DNA of 64,000 nucleotides, from assembly GCA_030141605.1 (NCBI GenBank), contig JAQGDQ010000294.1:227938-291937 (forward strand), given 5' to 3'. The notes under the pieces were generated by a model. The model worked only from the letters and a program-made list of their open reading frames with translations. It searched no databases and was not told the DNA's origin. Made by a program: the position numbers and the translations under genes. This document shows, in pieces, positions 38,601 through 64,000 of the stretch (its first letter is position 1; each line of letters opens with the position of its first letter). The DNA is from Tubiluchus corallicola. Lineage: Eukaryota > Animalia > Priapulida.

Positions 38601-41600
38601 CAAACTTGTCAGTTTGAACAAACTTATTTTCATTCAGCACAATCTGCTGTTGCAGTATTTTTATCTGCTTCTCCTGTTCAGCAATGAGAGCATGTAAAAG
38701 CTTATTCTCCACAACATTACTGTCCTCATGTACTGATGTTTCAGTATTTACCTAAAAAAAAAACAGACCAACTAATCTTCAATACCGCATTTCACTTGTA
38801 GGAAAACGACTACAGCTGCTGTAGAGTAGACAAGCAAATGAGTACTGTATCCTAATATTTTGACCAATGGCATGCGTTGATTACTGTTATACATGCAGGC
38901 ATACTTAACTAATAAAAATTCACTACAGCCGTTATATTCGGTGTAGAAGCACAGATAAACACCTCATTTTAGTGTAAATACAATCAGCCAATCAAAAATG
39001 CTTAAAAATGAGCAATTATACCATTGTTTTAGCAGAACTAAGTAAAAAAGTCTTATCATTGTAATATTAAAAAATATTCCACATGTGTGTTGCACGTGTT
39101 TGTGAAAGAGAAAATTGAAGTACAGTGCTACTGTAAGATATTGATGTGTTCTACTAAAACTCGTCAAGCTTTAAGATTAAAATTAAAATTTCAAATTTAC
39201 CGCAGTGCTCACGCATGAGCTGTAGAACATGTGTAGTTCACCACAAACTAATACATCCGAACTGAGTGGTGCGACACCTGTTTTTTGTGCAATGCGTTTC
39301 CGAAATGCAGATGCTAGTGGATGTCTAACCAGAGAATGGTGAAATGCATGTAACAGCAAAGAACTAGTGGCGCAAACGTGAAATTGTATTTGTGCGGTAA
39401 TAATTCTTTCACGTCATTTTTGAAAAAATTGTATGTTTCTTTCAATATTTTAAAGAGTAGATTGTTTTGACCTGCAGCTTAAGACTGGGTCCGGTTTTGC
39501 TTCAACTTCATGCCTATTCGTGCTGATTAACTTTAATATTAACGTTAGAATTAAATAGCAGATTATTTGCAACAGCAACAACAGCAACAATCACTGATAC
39601 TTCGTTCAGTAATCTTTAAATTTCTATTAAGTTAGAGTGAATTTAGGTTGACGACCAGTGCTGGGAGCCTACTACATGACAAAACTACATATTATTACAA
39701 TATATACATTGTTCTATATATATAAATCAGTCAGAGATGAAGAAAATTTGGATAACCCTCCCTGAGTGATAGTACAATTAGGTATTTGACTCCAGAAAAA
39801 TGAAACCGATGGATTTTCTGAGTGAGCACTTGTATAGAATTTTCATGAAATCAAACATTTTCATATTAATACATAAGAAAATAATAAGAGAGTAAATTTA
39901 ACGGAACAATGTTTACCGAAACAGATTGTCTTGCAGCTTCTTCCTCTTCGGACCTCTTGGTACCAACAATCTTCTGCAGTTCACTTACTTCTCGATGACA
40001 CCTCTCAGAAAACTCAATTTGTTCAGCAAGCTCCTCTCTGCAAAAAGCCTGCTTTCTTAACCAGGTTGTAATTAACTTAATAATTCTACACTGTCAGCTG
40101 TATTTTTGCCTGATATAAACCTACTTGCAAGTAAGTCAAATTATAAAATTCAACAATGACTTTTAGTCCACAAGCTTGACGACGTATTGACACCATTTCG
40201 GGGCGCAAATTATCCATGACTTTGAAGGTCTATGGTTTACATCAGGGATGTGCAAACTGCGGCCCGCGGGCCATTTGCAGCCTGCCGAGAGACCTTGTGC
40301 GGCCTGCGAAGGGGTTTGTCAACCTAACAAAGGTGCCGGCGATGAATTGAGTCGCAAGTATCAGGAAGATGTTTCTAGCTAAAGTCCGCACCACGATCGC
40401 ACAAATAGCAAGAGTAGATCTCGTAGCATTAACCGTTACGAGACTGTTGTCACTCAATGTCACTGTCGGACATGGTGAAATTTCATGATACTCACTTGGA
40501 ATACAAAAAAGCGATGTAAACACAGCAAACTACCATGGAAGTCACCATTGAAGTGGAAACTGTGCAAGAAATGCCAGAAGCAATCTGACTGGCTGGTAGG
40601 ACGACCAACCATCCAATCTCTAGGCTTCTATTATCCGGCCGGTGGATCTGGCAGTCGTCTTCTTGGTCATAGTAGGTAGATCATTTTGACTTGATTATTT
40701 TATAATTATCATAAATAACTAAATTAAAATGACCTACCTACTATGACTAAGAAGACGACTGGCCTGATCTATTTATAAATAGCTTAAAAGCTGGAAAAGT
40801 GTAGTCACCACTGACATAGGAGGGGCCCAGATTTTCGTTTCTGTTTAGGTTCGGTAGTACACATCTCGATCAGTGGTTGTTTCATCAGGTGTAATGTTCT
40901 TAAAGAGTCTTCGCTTAACTCTCTTCACTATTTTTCTCAGGTTGTTTTATATTCCTTCTATAAGATTTTTCCTATATATAGTGTAATATACTAAGACACA
41001 ATTCTATATTTGAAATCTTGGCTTTGGCCTGCGTGAGGATCTTTTAATATGGAAGATTGCAAAAGAACCAGAACCTAGGTCAAAATCCTGAAGAACCCTT
41101 TAAGGCGAGTCACTGAACTAACAGAGGTGTCACGGCCAGGTGTGACTTTGTTTACAAACTCCTTAATGAAGAAAAAAGCCAAAAGTTGATAGCAGACGAA
41201 GCCATTAACAAGTTTTCCCATAGTTTATTAATGAAGATCTGCAATGCTTAACTTCATTTATGGAGCACACACAGCAAGAATTCACATACTATAAGAATAA
41301 TGATAATCGCATTTTACGAAAAACTTCCGTGAAGGACAATTTTTTCACTTTATATTTGCATGGAAGGTGGCAGCACCGCTGCTTGTGTTTAAACATTTAT
41401 AAGATCCTTTACATTGCATCTTTTCTGCAGCAAAAATATGTATTTTACACTCTGTCAGTTTAGTCATAATTTTAAAAAATAAAAACGACTATCAGACTAA
41501 ATCTTTATTTGCAAATTTTTTATAAAGTGTTGTGACATCTAGTGTGGTTAATTACAAACTGTTCTTAATTGTAATGATCAAGGCTATAGTAACCAACCGT

Positions 41601-42542
41601 AATCTTTTATTTCTTTCGAGTAAGTCATTAATGGCTGACTGCTTTCGATCGCATTCCTTCACCAGACGAAGCAAAGTTTGTTGCAAGTCCTTGCCATGAT
41701 CTGCATCTATTACTATTGCATCTATAAAAAACAAAGTGTGTCAACCTTCCAAGATTTCACTGATTCTGTCACTCAGAAAAGAGTCTTTGTAAAAAATTCA
41801 TTCCTGACAGTGACAACAAAGCGATGACCTCTTTTAAATATATTTGTTACGGATAAGCCTACCTGAAGTTAAAGGAAGACAACATGATTTTTCATATACC
41901 ATCCCATACCATCATTTTAACACAATTAAAAATGTTTCTGATTATTAACTAATTATTAACGGCGGGCGAGCCGAACTATTGATGACATCACAAACTAACA
42001 TAATTTCCAACAGCAAAAATATTCTACGAGCGTCTTCCATGTGTTTGTGAAAGCGAAAATTGAAGTGCAATGCTACTGTAAGATATTCCGTGTGTAGTAC
42101 TAGAACTAGGCATGTTTTAAGATAAAAATTCAAATTTCACATTTACCGCTGTGCTCACACATGAGCTGTCGAGCGTGTGTAGTTCGTCAGAAACTAACAC
42201 ATCTGAACAGAGAGGTACAGTACCTGTTTTTGTATGTGTTTCCGAAATGCAGGCACTAGTGCCCATCTAACGAGCGAATGGCAAAATGCATGTAACTGCG
42301 AAGAACTAGTGACGCGAATGCGAAGTTGTATATGTGTGGTAATAATTCTTTCATGTAAGTTCATTTTAAAGAGTAGATTGTTCTGACCTACAGCTTAAGA
42401 TTTGGTCCGGTTTTGCTTTAACAAAATACGCACCCAAATTTAAAGTTTTACCTTTTCCAATATTTGTCATCTCAATTTTACGAAATCCGTGATGAGTTAG
42501 CATCTGATTCAATTCAGACCAGTTTTCTTCTGGAGCTGCCAT
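26605..42542 (-). CDS. CEP70: Centrosomal protein of 70 kDa-like coiled-coil protein, 13 coding exons, ~547 aa
   Basis: Exons 42542-42452, 41721-41598, 40037-39917, 38751-38569, 37581-37493, 37003-36817, 35697-35599, 34377-34210, 31116-30949, 30375-30219, 29937-29823, 28468-28398, 26675-26605; phases are consistent (1644 nt). Collinear resemblance to CEP70: EENWSELNQMLTHHGF, ELNSRPELYKYR, WYHVLPTLTTW, LQEVFGIKTLSHAVTRIVDIHNQLEELRN, LDASSSS, KLQEYEELIPNFQKMALDLMDILNVDQLDQVVNAVRDLK. Confidence 0.85.
27419..27886. mobile_element. Tigger/pogo-like MITE
   Basis: TA flanks, TIRs cagtcaacctcgggtataagg / ccttatatccaaggttgactg, and repeated cg(c/g)(a/t)tataaggga subterminal motifs. Confidence 0.85.
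28590..29293. repeat. 102-bp tandem array, about 7 copies (CEP70 intron 11)
   Basis: Period 102 (gatagattttgaag at 28616, 28718 and onward). Confidence 0.95.
29333..29832. repeat. 66-bp tandem array, about 7.5 copies, containing the exon-11 donor site
   Basis: Unit gtcagtgttggaaatgaacagcacacctgtctatgttatcaaaacataagaatgacaacactaggt. The last copy overlaps the exon end at 29823. Confidence 0.95.
31182..31728. mobile_element. Kolobok-like MITE family B, inverted relative to the 16027 copy
   Basis: TIRs aggaaaactaggcaattg / caattgtccggtttcct(ttaa). Shares the internal motif atgagctctacgtca with 16027-16538 in reverse. Confidence 0.65.
32330..33221. mobile_element. Tc1/pogo-like non-autonomous element (family of 19962-21072, opposite orientation)
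   Basis: TA flanks, TIRs cagggggcgccgcttattaga / tctattaagtggcacctactg. Confidence 0.75.
33810..34194. mobile_element. Tigger/pogo-like MITE
   Basis: TA flanks, TIRs cagtgttccctc / gagggaacactg. Confidence 0.85.
34430..35028 (+). mobile_element. 3' end of a CR1-like LINE (CCHC zinc-finger remnant plus 3' UTR)
   Basis: RMRVGFSQL...CRCSAPFETISHFLISCPSYHQARDIL resembles the C-terminal zinc finger of CR1-clade ORF2. It is followed by a T-rich UTR and aataaa. Confidence 0.7.
35030..35486. mobile_element. Tigger/pogo-like MITE
   Basis: TA flanks, imperfect TIRs cactcaaatctcg / cgagatatgagag. Confidence 0.55.
35844..36523. repeat. 57-bp tandem array, about 12 copies
   Basis: Unit atgggtgagtttcatcacttccccttcaattcactttgattacatggacacagaaca. 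Confidence 0.95.
36561..36650. repeat. Perfect palindrome, 44-bp arms, 2-nt loop
   Basis: ctgctactgtatgagcacagacataactaaatgattacaaatta-cc-taatttgtaatcatttagttatgtctgtgctcatacagtagcag. Confidence 0.97.
37008..37405. repeat. 20-bp minisatellite, about 20 copies (CEP70 intron 5)
   Basis: Unit aaagttcggttttccgtata. Confidence 0.95.
39070..39505 (+). mobile_element. Dispersed repeat, copy of the element at ~41870-42422
   Basis: Long shared segment gtgtttgtgaaag.gaaaattgaagt...cagcttaaga.t.ggtccggttttgctt. Confidence 0.7.
40243..40330. mobile_element. hAT (Charlie-like) MITE end
   Basis: cagggatgtgcaaactgcggcccgcgggcc...tgcggcc is a typical hAT MITE terminus. Confidence 0.6.
40645..40769. repeat. 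Imperfect ~125-bp palindrome
   Basis: cagtcgtcttcttggtcatagtaggtagatcatttt ... aaaatgacctacctactatgactaagaagacgactg. Confidence 0.85.
41870..42422 (+). mobile_element. TTAA-flanked (Kolobok-like) MITE family C
   Basis: ttaaaggaagac ... ccggttttgctttaa; second copy at ~39070-39505. Confidence 0.6.
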
Positions 42543-44169
42543 TCTCTGACGTTTCTGTTACTACTGCATCCGCAATGAAGTTTACATTTTATGCTGCTAT
42601 CTACTCAGATAAACGCATTGACTGCACGCTAAAAAAATATATGTGGTGAGGATCCTAAATCATGTTGTACAAACTGTCTGATCCAATCCTAAATAAATTA
42701 TGTTTAAACTAAAAAAAATACACTCAGTAAGCAATAGGCAGAAAAGCCAGAGACAATTTATAAATAACTATGGAAGTTTTTGCTGAATAAAAGTGGTTTA
42801 TTTAGGATATTGCAGCAATGATCAAGCTGAAATAACAAGAACAAAATAATTATATATATGTGCTTGCAAACCAAACCCGTCCATAAGTCGGCATAGTTAA
42901 AACTACGTTATGATGCTTCAAAGTAGAATGCACCAAAAATTTGGTCAAATGTCGATTTTTTATTTTTTATGAAAACAAATGCTAAATATATTGGACTTTT
43001 ATATTCTAGCATCACATTATCAGGAAAATGTCCAAAAAATACTAAAAATATAATTTTATAACTCCTTACCCACATTTCTGTCTAGTAGCCAGTAATGCAA
43101 TTGTAAAAAAACTTGTATTTTCTAACTCCGATTGTAGCTTGTGGCCGCAGCCATTTTGCTTCAGGTTTTTTTCTGCTGACAAGGCCAGATCTTCAGCAGA
43201 AAGAGCCATCTACTGGATTTAAACATAACTTCAACGTGCTCTTGTAAAATCCACAACAACTGCACTTTGCACGGTTGCTAAGTGTTTTGTAGAGACGCAA
43301 CAAAAAAACAATGGCTGACTTTAACAGCATTTTTCCCAAGATTACGTTTATCAGGTCGTAGCCTGCATCTCAACTTCAACGTGGATTGTCTCAACTTAGA
43401 AATAACATAGAGTGATGACCTTGGTATCAAAATGATCCTCATGAAATGGAGATTCAGGACGTGTGAATAACCAGAAAAGCTTAATTGCCAACTTATGGAT
43501 GATTCTGCTATGCAAGCACACAAATAATATTACCATAACGTAAGTGCAAATCTGAAGGTGTCGAATTAGAGTTATTTAAGAAATGTTCCTTTAATTACAA
43601 AAGTAGAACCGCAAATAAAATACCATTGTAAGTGTTAAATATCTGCTTGACACCGAATTAAGTTCTTATCGTTAAAATGTGTTAAATACTGCCTTCCGGC
43701 AAACAACAATACGGGTACTCTTCACATGCTGAAATCTCTCTAATTTAAACATATATTGAACTGAAAACCTGTTAATGCATTCCTCTTCGCTTTCTCAGGG
43801 TTTCATTTCAGTTTTCTTCCACTGAATCCTCCACAGCCCCGGAGTAAACAAAAAATTACGTCAATGCCAATTTGGCTTAACCATGGTTCCCACAGAATTT
43901 TAAAACAAATTTCTCTGACTTTTCCCTGACCAAATATTGATTTTTCCAGACAATGGTATACAAAAATTGCATTACCAGTATAAGTATTCAAACATTTTTG
44001 CGCATGGACATTCATACATATACTGATACATGTGTCGGCCAATCATTACTTTTGGAACAGAAATTGAAACTGGGAGCCTGCCATAGCATGACCCTACTGT
44101 ATATGTCTGAATCACTTACATACAGGCACCTGAGTCCCACAAACTCAACTTACCAAACCAAAGATAGAA

Positions 44170-44580
44170 ATTTAAAAATGCACTTTAGCTAGAAGTGCCA
44201 ATAGCATCAATGCATTTAAGTCATGATTTAAAAAATAATTATTAGAAACACTGTAGCCTGTAAACTGGTATAAACATGTTTTTCTTTTTAGCTCTTACTG
44301 CAGATGTTTTACTATAGTTTACTAATGTGTTTATCTGTATTTATATTATGTATAATTTGTATATTTTGCTTTACCAATTTTGTATCAATTGTTTTTAAAC
44401 TGTGTAATTTCTAAATCAGATTTTATGTCCCGGTATTTTTAATGCTCCCAGGGTTGCAAATGTTTTGTAATGCTTTTGTCTTTATTTTATTTTGTGGACC
44501 ACTTTGGAAATAACTAATAGTATTGTAATTGTTGGTTAAAGTGTTATCCATGTTAAATAAAGAATTAATAATAATAATAG
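44170..44580 (+). mobile_element. LINE (L2/Crack-like) 3' fragment
   Basis: Degenerate ORF end SINAFKS*FKK*LLETL*, a T-rich UTR, aataaa and an (aat)n tail. Confidence 0.5.
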
Positions 44581-45631
44581 CAAAATTTTATTTGAACACA
44601 AATCGTTGAAAAATATGTTTGGAAAAATATCGGTTCACTGTGATTATTTTTACAACCTTTTCCAAATCCCATGACATTTCGCCCCATTTTCATTATTTTC
44701 CCTGACGTTTTAACAATTATCTTTTATAAAATCCTGTTACGTGACTTTTAATTATTGTGGTTTTTGTTAACATATTAAAAACACCCATCAATAAATTCAT
44801 TATGAGTTTATGATATTAATACTAGGAATGTCACCCAAACGAAAATATACTAATAAAATTGGATCTACCTTATCTATTATTACGATCTACAAGCTTGTAA
44901 GCTTAGTTGACATTACATGACTATCTATATCTAATGCATCATGCATCGCAAATTTGTAATCCACAGTTGCACGGCATTAAAGATAGGTAAATCAATATCA
45001 AATTAAAGAACATCCAGAAATAGTACCTCTCAAAAATAACCATATAACTACAATGAGCTCAGAAGATGGCTGAACTTTAAGTTTTGAAAGGTGAATAATG
45101 AAAGAAAAGGAAAATGGGAGTGACATTATAGTTTTTTATATTTACCGCTTAACAATAATTCTCAAAGCGTTTTCTTCCATGTTGTATCTGTTTCATGCGC
45201 CACGACTGAAAATTAAAAATAAAGCGCACCAAAAAAGACGCCCAGCGAAGGAATTTGCAAGGTCTCGGACATAAAACATTGACTGTTAATAATTATTATA
45301 AAAGAACTAAAAACAGCACGTTTGAAATTAAATCAATAAAATTATTTTGCAAAAAATCATCTCATTTTTTCGAACAGGTGTGGTACGTGCAACATACATT
45401 CGGGCTCATTTACTAATGTCGAGTGTCAGATTTCAAATTGTGACTGACTATGAGCTGTGTTGCTTACAGGTCCAGCACAGAGTCAGTTCTTTCAACGTTA
45501 ATCAGCAAGGGAACTATAATGCGTGGAACAAATTCATTTGGAGAGTACTGAAGAAATGTTACCGTCATATTATAAGCCACGGCGTAGGTGTCACATGGTC
45601 GCATGATAGGAAGATGGCTCAGTGCAACCCT

Positions 45632-45744
<113 letters not shown>

Positions 45745-46809
45745 TAAATAAAGTTTACTGCAATTTATGCATGTAGTTTACTTGTATACTGATACAAGAA
45801 AACTTCCATCATAATTATGACAGTTATTGCTATTATTGAAAGAAACAACTTTTATTAAAAAGCTTTAAAACATAAAGATTAATACAATGCAAAAAAGGAT
45901 AAATTGGAATCTATTAAGTATTAATAGAAAAACGTTTATCTATATACCCTAGCAAGCCTTTTATATTATGCAAAGTAGCTCAACTTTTTAACTTTGCTTC
46001 CAAACTATAGTTTTACTGTATACCCTTAATTTTCTCTATAGTTCTGTATTTTAGTTCTGTTTTGCTGCTTCCATCTTTGGCTTTGACGTGAATACATTAT
46101 ATTAATGACGTGAATTAATCATATTCATGTAATGTAGAGTTCGCTTATAGCCTTATACAAACTTGTTGCTGTTGTATACTTTATTAAACTGAAGATAACT
46201 GCTACGATCAAACCGTTTGTCAAGTTTTTACTTTACACTGAATCTTAGACTTAGCATGCAATATGCAGAGACCTATTGGTTTTTCTATTGAAAGCCCCAT
46301 CTTTGAAAAAAAATCTTTGTTTACTTCTTCTGCAGGATAACAATTGCAGCAGATATTGCGCCACCAGCAGTGCAACTGATGCCATGAACGCTGTGATATC
46401 CAAACAGTCTTACACATCGCGACTTTTGGTGGAGAGGAGTATAAAAGGCGAGGCAAGTGCATAGATTCTTCGGTTCGAGTCAATAACGATGACGAGAATG
46501 ATAACGAACAAGACCACTGCCATAGCTGCCGTTTTATTGTTAACTACAGTTTTGTTGCACTCTAAAATGAAAGAAACCTGCCCTCAAGACAGGCAAACAC
46601 AACAGTAATCAAGTAAAAAACGAGAAACTGGTATGTCACTAGCTTGTCAGTATCACTGCTGAACCAATGGTTTGCCCTGAATTATGAATCTGCCCCCATC
46701 TTGATCACCATTTATCGCTATCGTGTCCGGGTTTTTGAAAAACTTTGAATGCGCATTGTTTGCCTGATACTGAGTAGATGACAGCGTTTTGCTGCTTACC
46801 AAACACTGG

Positions 46810-47372
46810 TCTGGGGGGGGGGGGGTAAAAATTACCCCCAGACCGGTTTTTTGCATTTTACCCTTTCTCCATACGTATCCCAGGAAACCTTTTCTATGAC
46901 TTTTTCTATATATGTTTTGTGCACAAAATACTTTCAGTTATTTATTATAGGCGCATTGTCTCACCACGAAATAAAAGTGAAAATGCAATATGTCGATTTT
47001 TTAAAATTGTCGAAACTTTACTTCGCTTGTCTATACATTAAACAGGCGATGTATCTAATAAAACAAAATGTCAGTTACTCAAATTACTCCACCTAAAAGA
47101 AGAAAGTAGTAGACAATAAATTCAAAATAACAACGATTTTTGCACACGCGCTAGCGTTGTCGGTTGTCTACAGTTATTCCAGCATAGATAAGGGAACGTA
47201 ACTAAGTGAATTTAAATTCCGTATTACTAGTAAGTCACATGTCTTTAAGCAGAGGTATAATGTATCCTATGGTGGTCAGCATAACCACAAATTATGCTGT
47301 TGCTGTTTACTAATGAAACACGGCAGTTTATCAATTTACGAATTATGCTGGGGGTAATTCCCCCCCCCTTTG
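46810..47372. mobile_element. MITE with G/C-run terminal inverted repeats
   Basis: ggggggggtaaaaattaccccca ... tgggggtaattcccccccc. Confidence 0.5.
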
Positions 47373-48315
47373 TTACCAAAATCAGTTGCAAAAAATCGTG
47401 ACCCTATAAGTGCAATCCATCCAGCAATAAAATACATTCTCGCGATGTCCTCAGCTTTACCAAATCTTCTCACACCAACCTTAAATTTTGATATTTACGT
47501 AATTCTTTAAAAAAAATTAATGACAAATATAACAAAGGCAGTTGGTACTCAAGACTATTTATTTCAAATCCACAACGACCGTTAATAAACAAAGTTTCAG
47601 CTACTGTACTTAAAATGTGTGGCAAATAAAAGTATTAAAATGATCAATAATTCAAAAGTTAAGGCAAAACTCTGCACAAAGACAGCAATCAAACTTCTAT
47701 CATGATGACACTGACAGTTGTCTAACGTCTATCAATAAATCTGGCAAATATTCTTGGTTGCGGTAAATCAGGAATGAAAACTGATCAGTTTCAGTCGTAG
47801 CAGGATTACAGAAAATTACAAAAAATAAACCCGGGGATAATCGTTGAGGCTTAAACAGTCCTTCTCAAATTGGACGCTTAAAAAACAAGAAATACCACAA
47901 TAAATACAAAATTAATTGTTTTAATGGAAATCCCCAGTTGCTATATATGCACAGTCTAAGTTGTGACAGTAAAACTATAAGACAAACCTATGTTTTCAAC
48001 GCAATGTGGAATGAATGCAGTCACAGAAGTCATGCTAATGTCTAATAATTTCAGAACGACGATGAAAAACACTCTCTACTGTATGTATACCTTAGCATAA
48101 ATATAAAAACACAAGCATAAACTCCTCTTTACCGCTTATCATGGTAAAAATATGCTTAATACTGATAAGGCTAACAGAAGATCACCCCGTTTTCCCGCCT
48201 TACAATCAGTTATTTACATTGTTAAGTCGACTGTTGCAGGTGAGGGTTTTCATTGAAGAAAAACGAAGCCATCACACAACTCATACATAGCAGAAATGTC
48301 TGCTTCTCACACAGG

Positions 48316-63020
<14,705 letters not shown>

Positions 63021-63621
63021 CTACAGAAATGACAAACAAATTAGCAATTCAGTGAGAGCGAATAAACATGAAAAGTCTTGGAAATTTCAAACAAAATTGC
63101 GGCATCTCTAAATCTTAAAATTTTAAAATTAAAGTTGCTATCTCGACGGACTTTGTCAGCAGAAATGAAAACCCATGGATTAAAGGACCTTCAGGCAAGA
63201 CAATAACGTATTTTGTATTTGAAAGAGTCAAAGAATTTGCGGCGGGTTATGCAAACTGTTTTAAGCCGTTTCTAGTTTTAGGAATCGATACGTTATTGGC
63301 TAACCAAGATTTGAATGTGAACTCACCAACATGACAACTTATGACATGTTACCAACATGGCACCCTAATGCAGAATACATTTACTCAAGGCCATATTAAA
63401 CCATTTAACCTTGCTGATAGGCAGTTTGTAAAAATGTAAAATATGTAAAGGTTAGTTTAAAGTTATATTTCATTTTTGCTCTGACTCATTTGCCTCCAAC
63501 ATACTATGTTTTTTATCTTTCACTGATTGAGTATCTTGATATTTTGTTATTATTCTCAATATTGTTATGGCAAATGAAGATGTTACTTACTTGCTTGCTT
63601 ACTTGCTTGCTTGCTTGCTTG

Positions 63622-63697
<76 letters not shown>

Positions 63698-64000
63698 GTT
63701 ACTTGCTTACTTAGTTACATACTTACTAACTTACTTACTACTCACTTGCTTAAGTACTTGCTTACTTACTTACTTACTCACTCACTAACTCACTCACTCA
63801 CTAGAAGCATTTTAAAACTCAGTCAAGTCATAACGATAATGTCTCAATTTAGCAGGGAACCAAACGATATGCCTACGATCAAAACGAAAGTTGACTTTAC
63901 ACTTTCGCAAGCGTCTAAAGAAAGAATCACGGAAACTGTACAAAAAATCTTCACCTCTGTATTTGATAAGAAAAGGCAGTCCAGTTGAATTGACCACCCA

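Noticed and set aside
40862-40971. Exon-like minus-strand segment EKSYRRNINNLRKIVKRVKRRLFKNITPDETTTDRD
   Set aside because: Its phase (0) does not fit between CEP70 exons 2 and 3 (phase 2), its donor is weak, and the gene is complete without it.
63839-63988. 49-aa plus-strand ORF after the (TTAC)n tract
   Set aside because: Short, no recognisable motif, and at the window edge; it cannot be supported.

Overview
AT-rich, intron- and repeat-rich animal (invertebrate-like) genomic DNA. No prokaryotic operons, CRISPR arrays or rRNA/tRNA genes are evident. Five protein-coding genes were assembled by hand with GT-AG junctions and consistent exon phases: (1) a single-coding-exon GT92 (DUF23) glycosyltransferase (+, 9982-11487); (2) a two-exon Fem-1-like ankyrin protein that appears to lack the C-terminal BC/VHL-box (-, 13547-16975); (3) a five-exon, signal-peptide-bearing LigB/MEMO-fold protein (-, 21693-25080); (4) a 13-exon CEP70-like centrosomal coiled-coil gene (-, 26605-42542); (5) a 5'-partial type I membrane protein with at least four WSC domains (-, 48316->63020). 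Introns and intergenic DNA hold many non-autonomous DNA transposons (hAT, Kolobok-like, Tc1/pogo-like), LINE 3' fragments, minisatellites and microsatellites. The most notable observations are a secreted MEMO/LigB-like metalloprotein, a hAT MITE that appears to have captured about 380 bp of a neighbouring gene's upstream DNA, tandem arrays that multiply real splice donors and branch-point/acceptor sites, a perfect 90-bp intronic palindrome, and an inverted MITE pair bracketing an in-phase exon block. All family assignments come from recalled motifs, not database searches.
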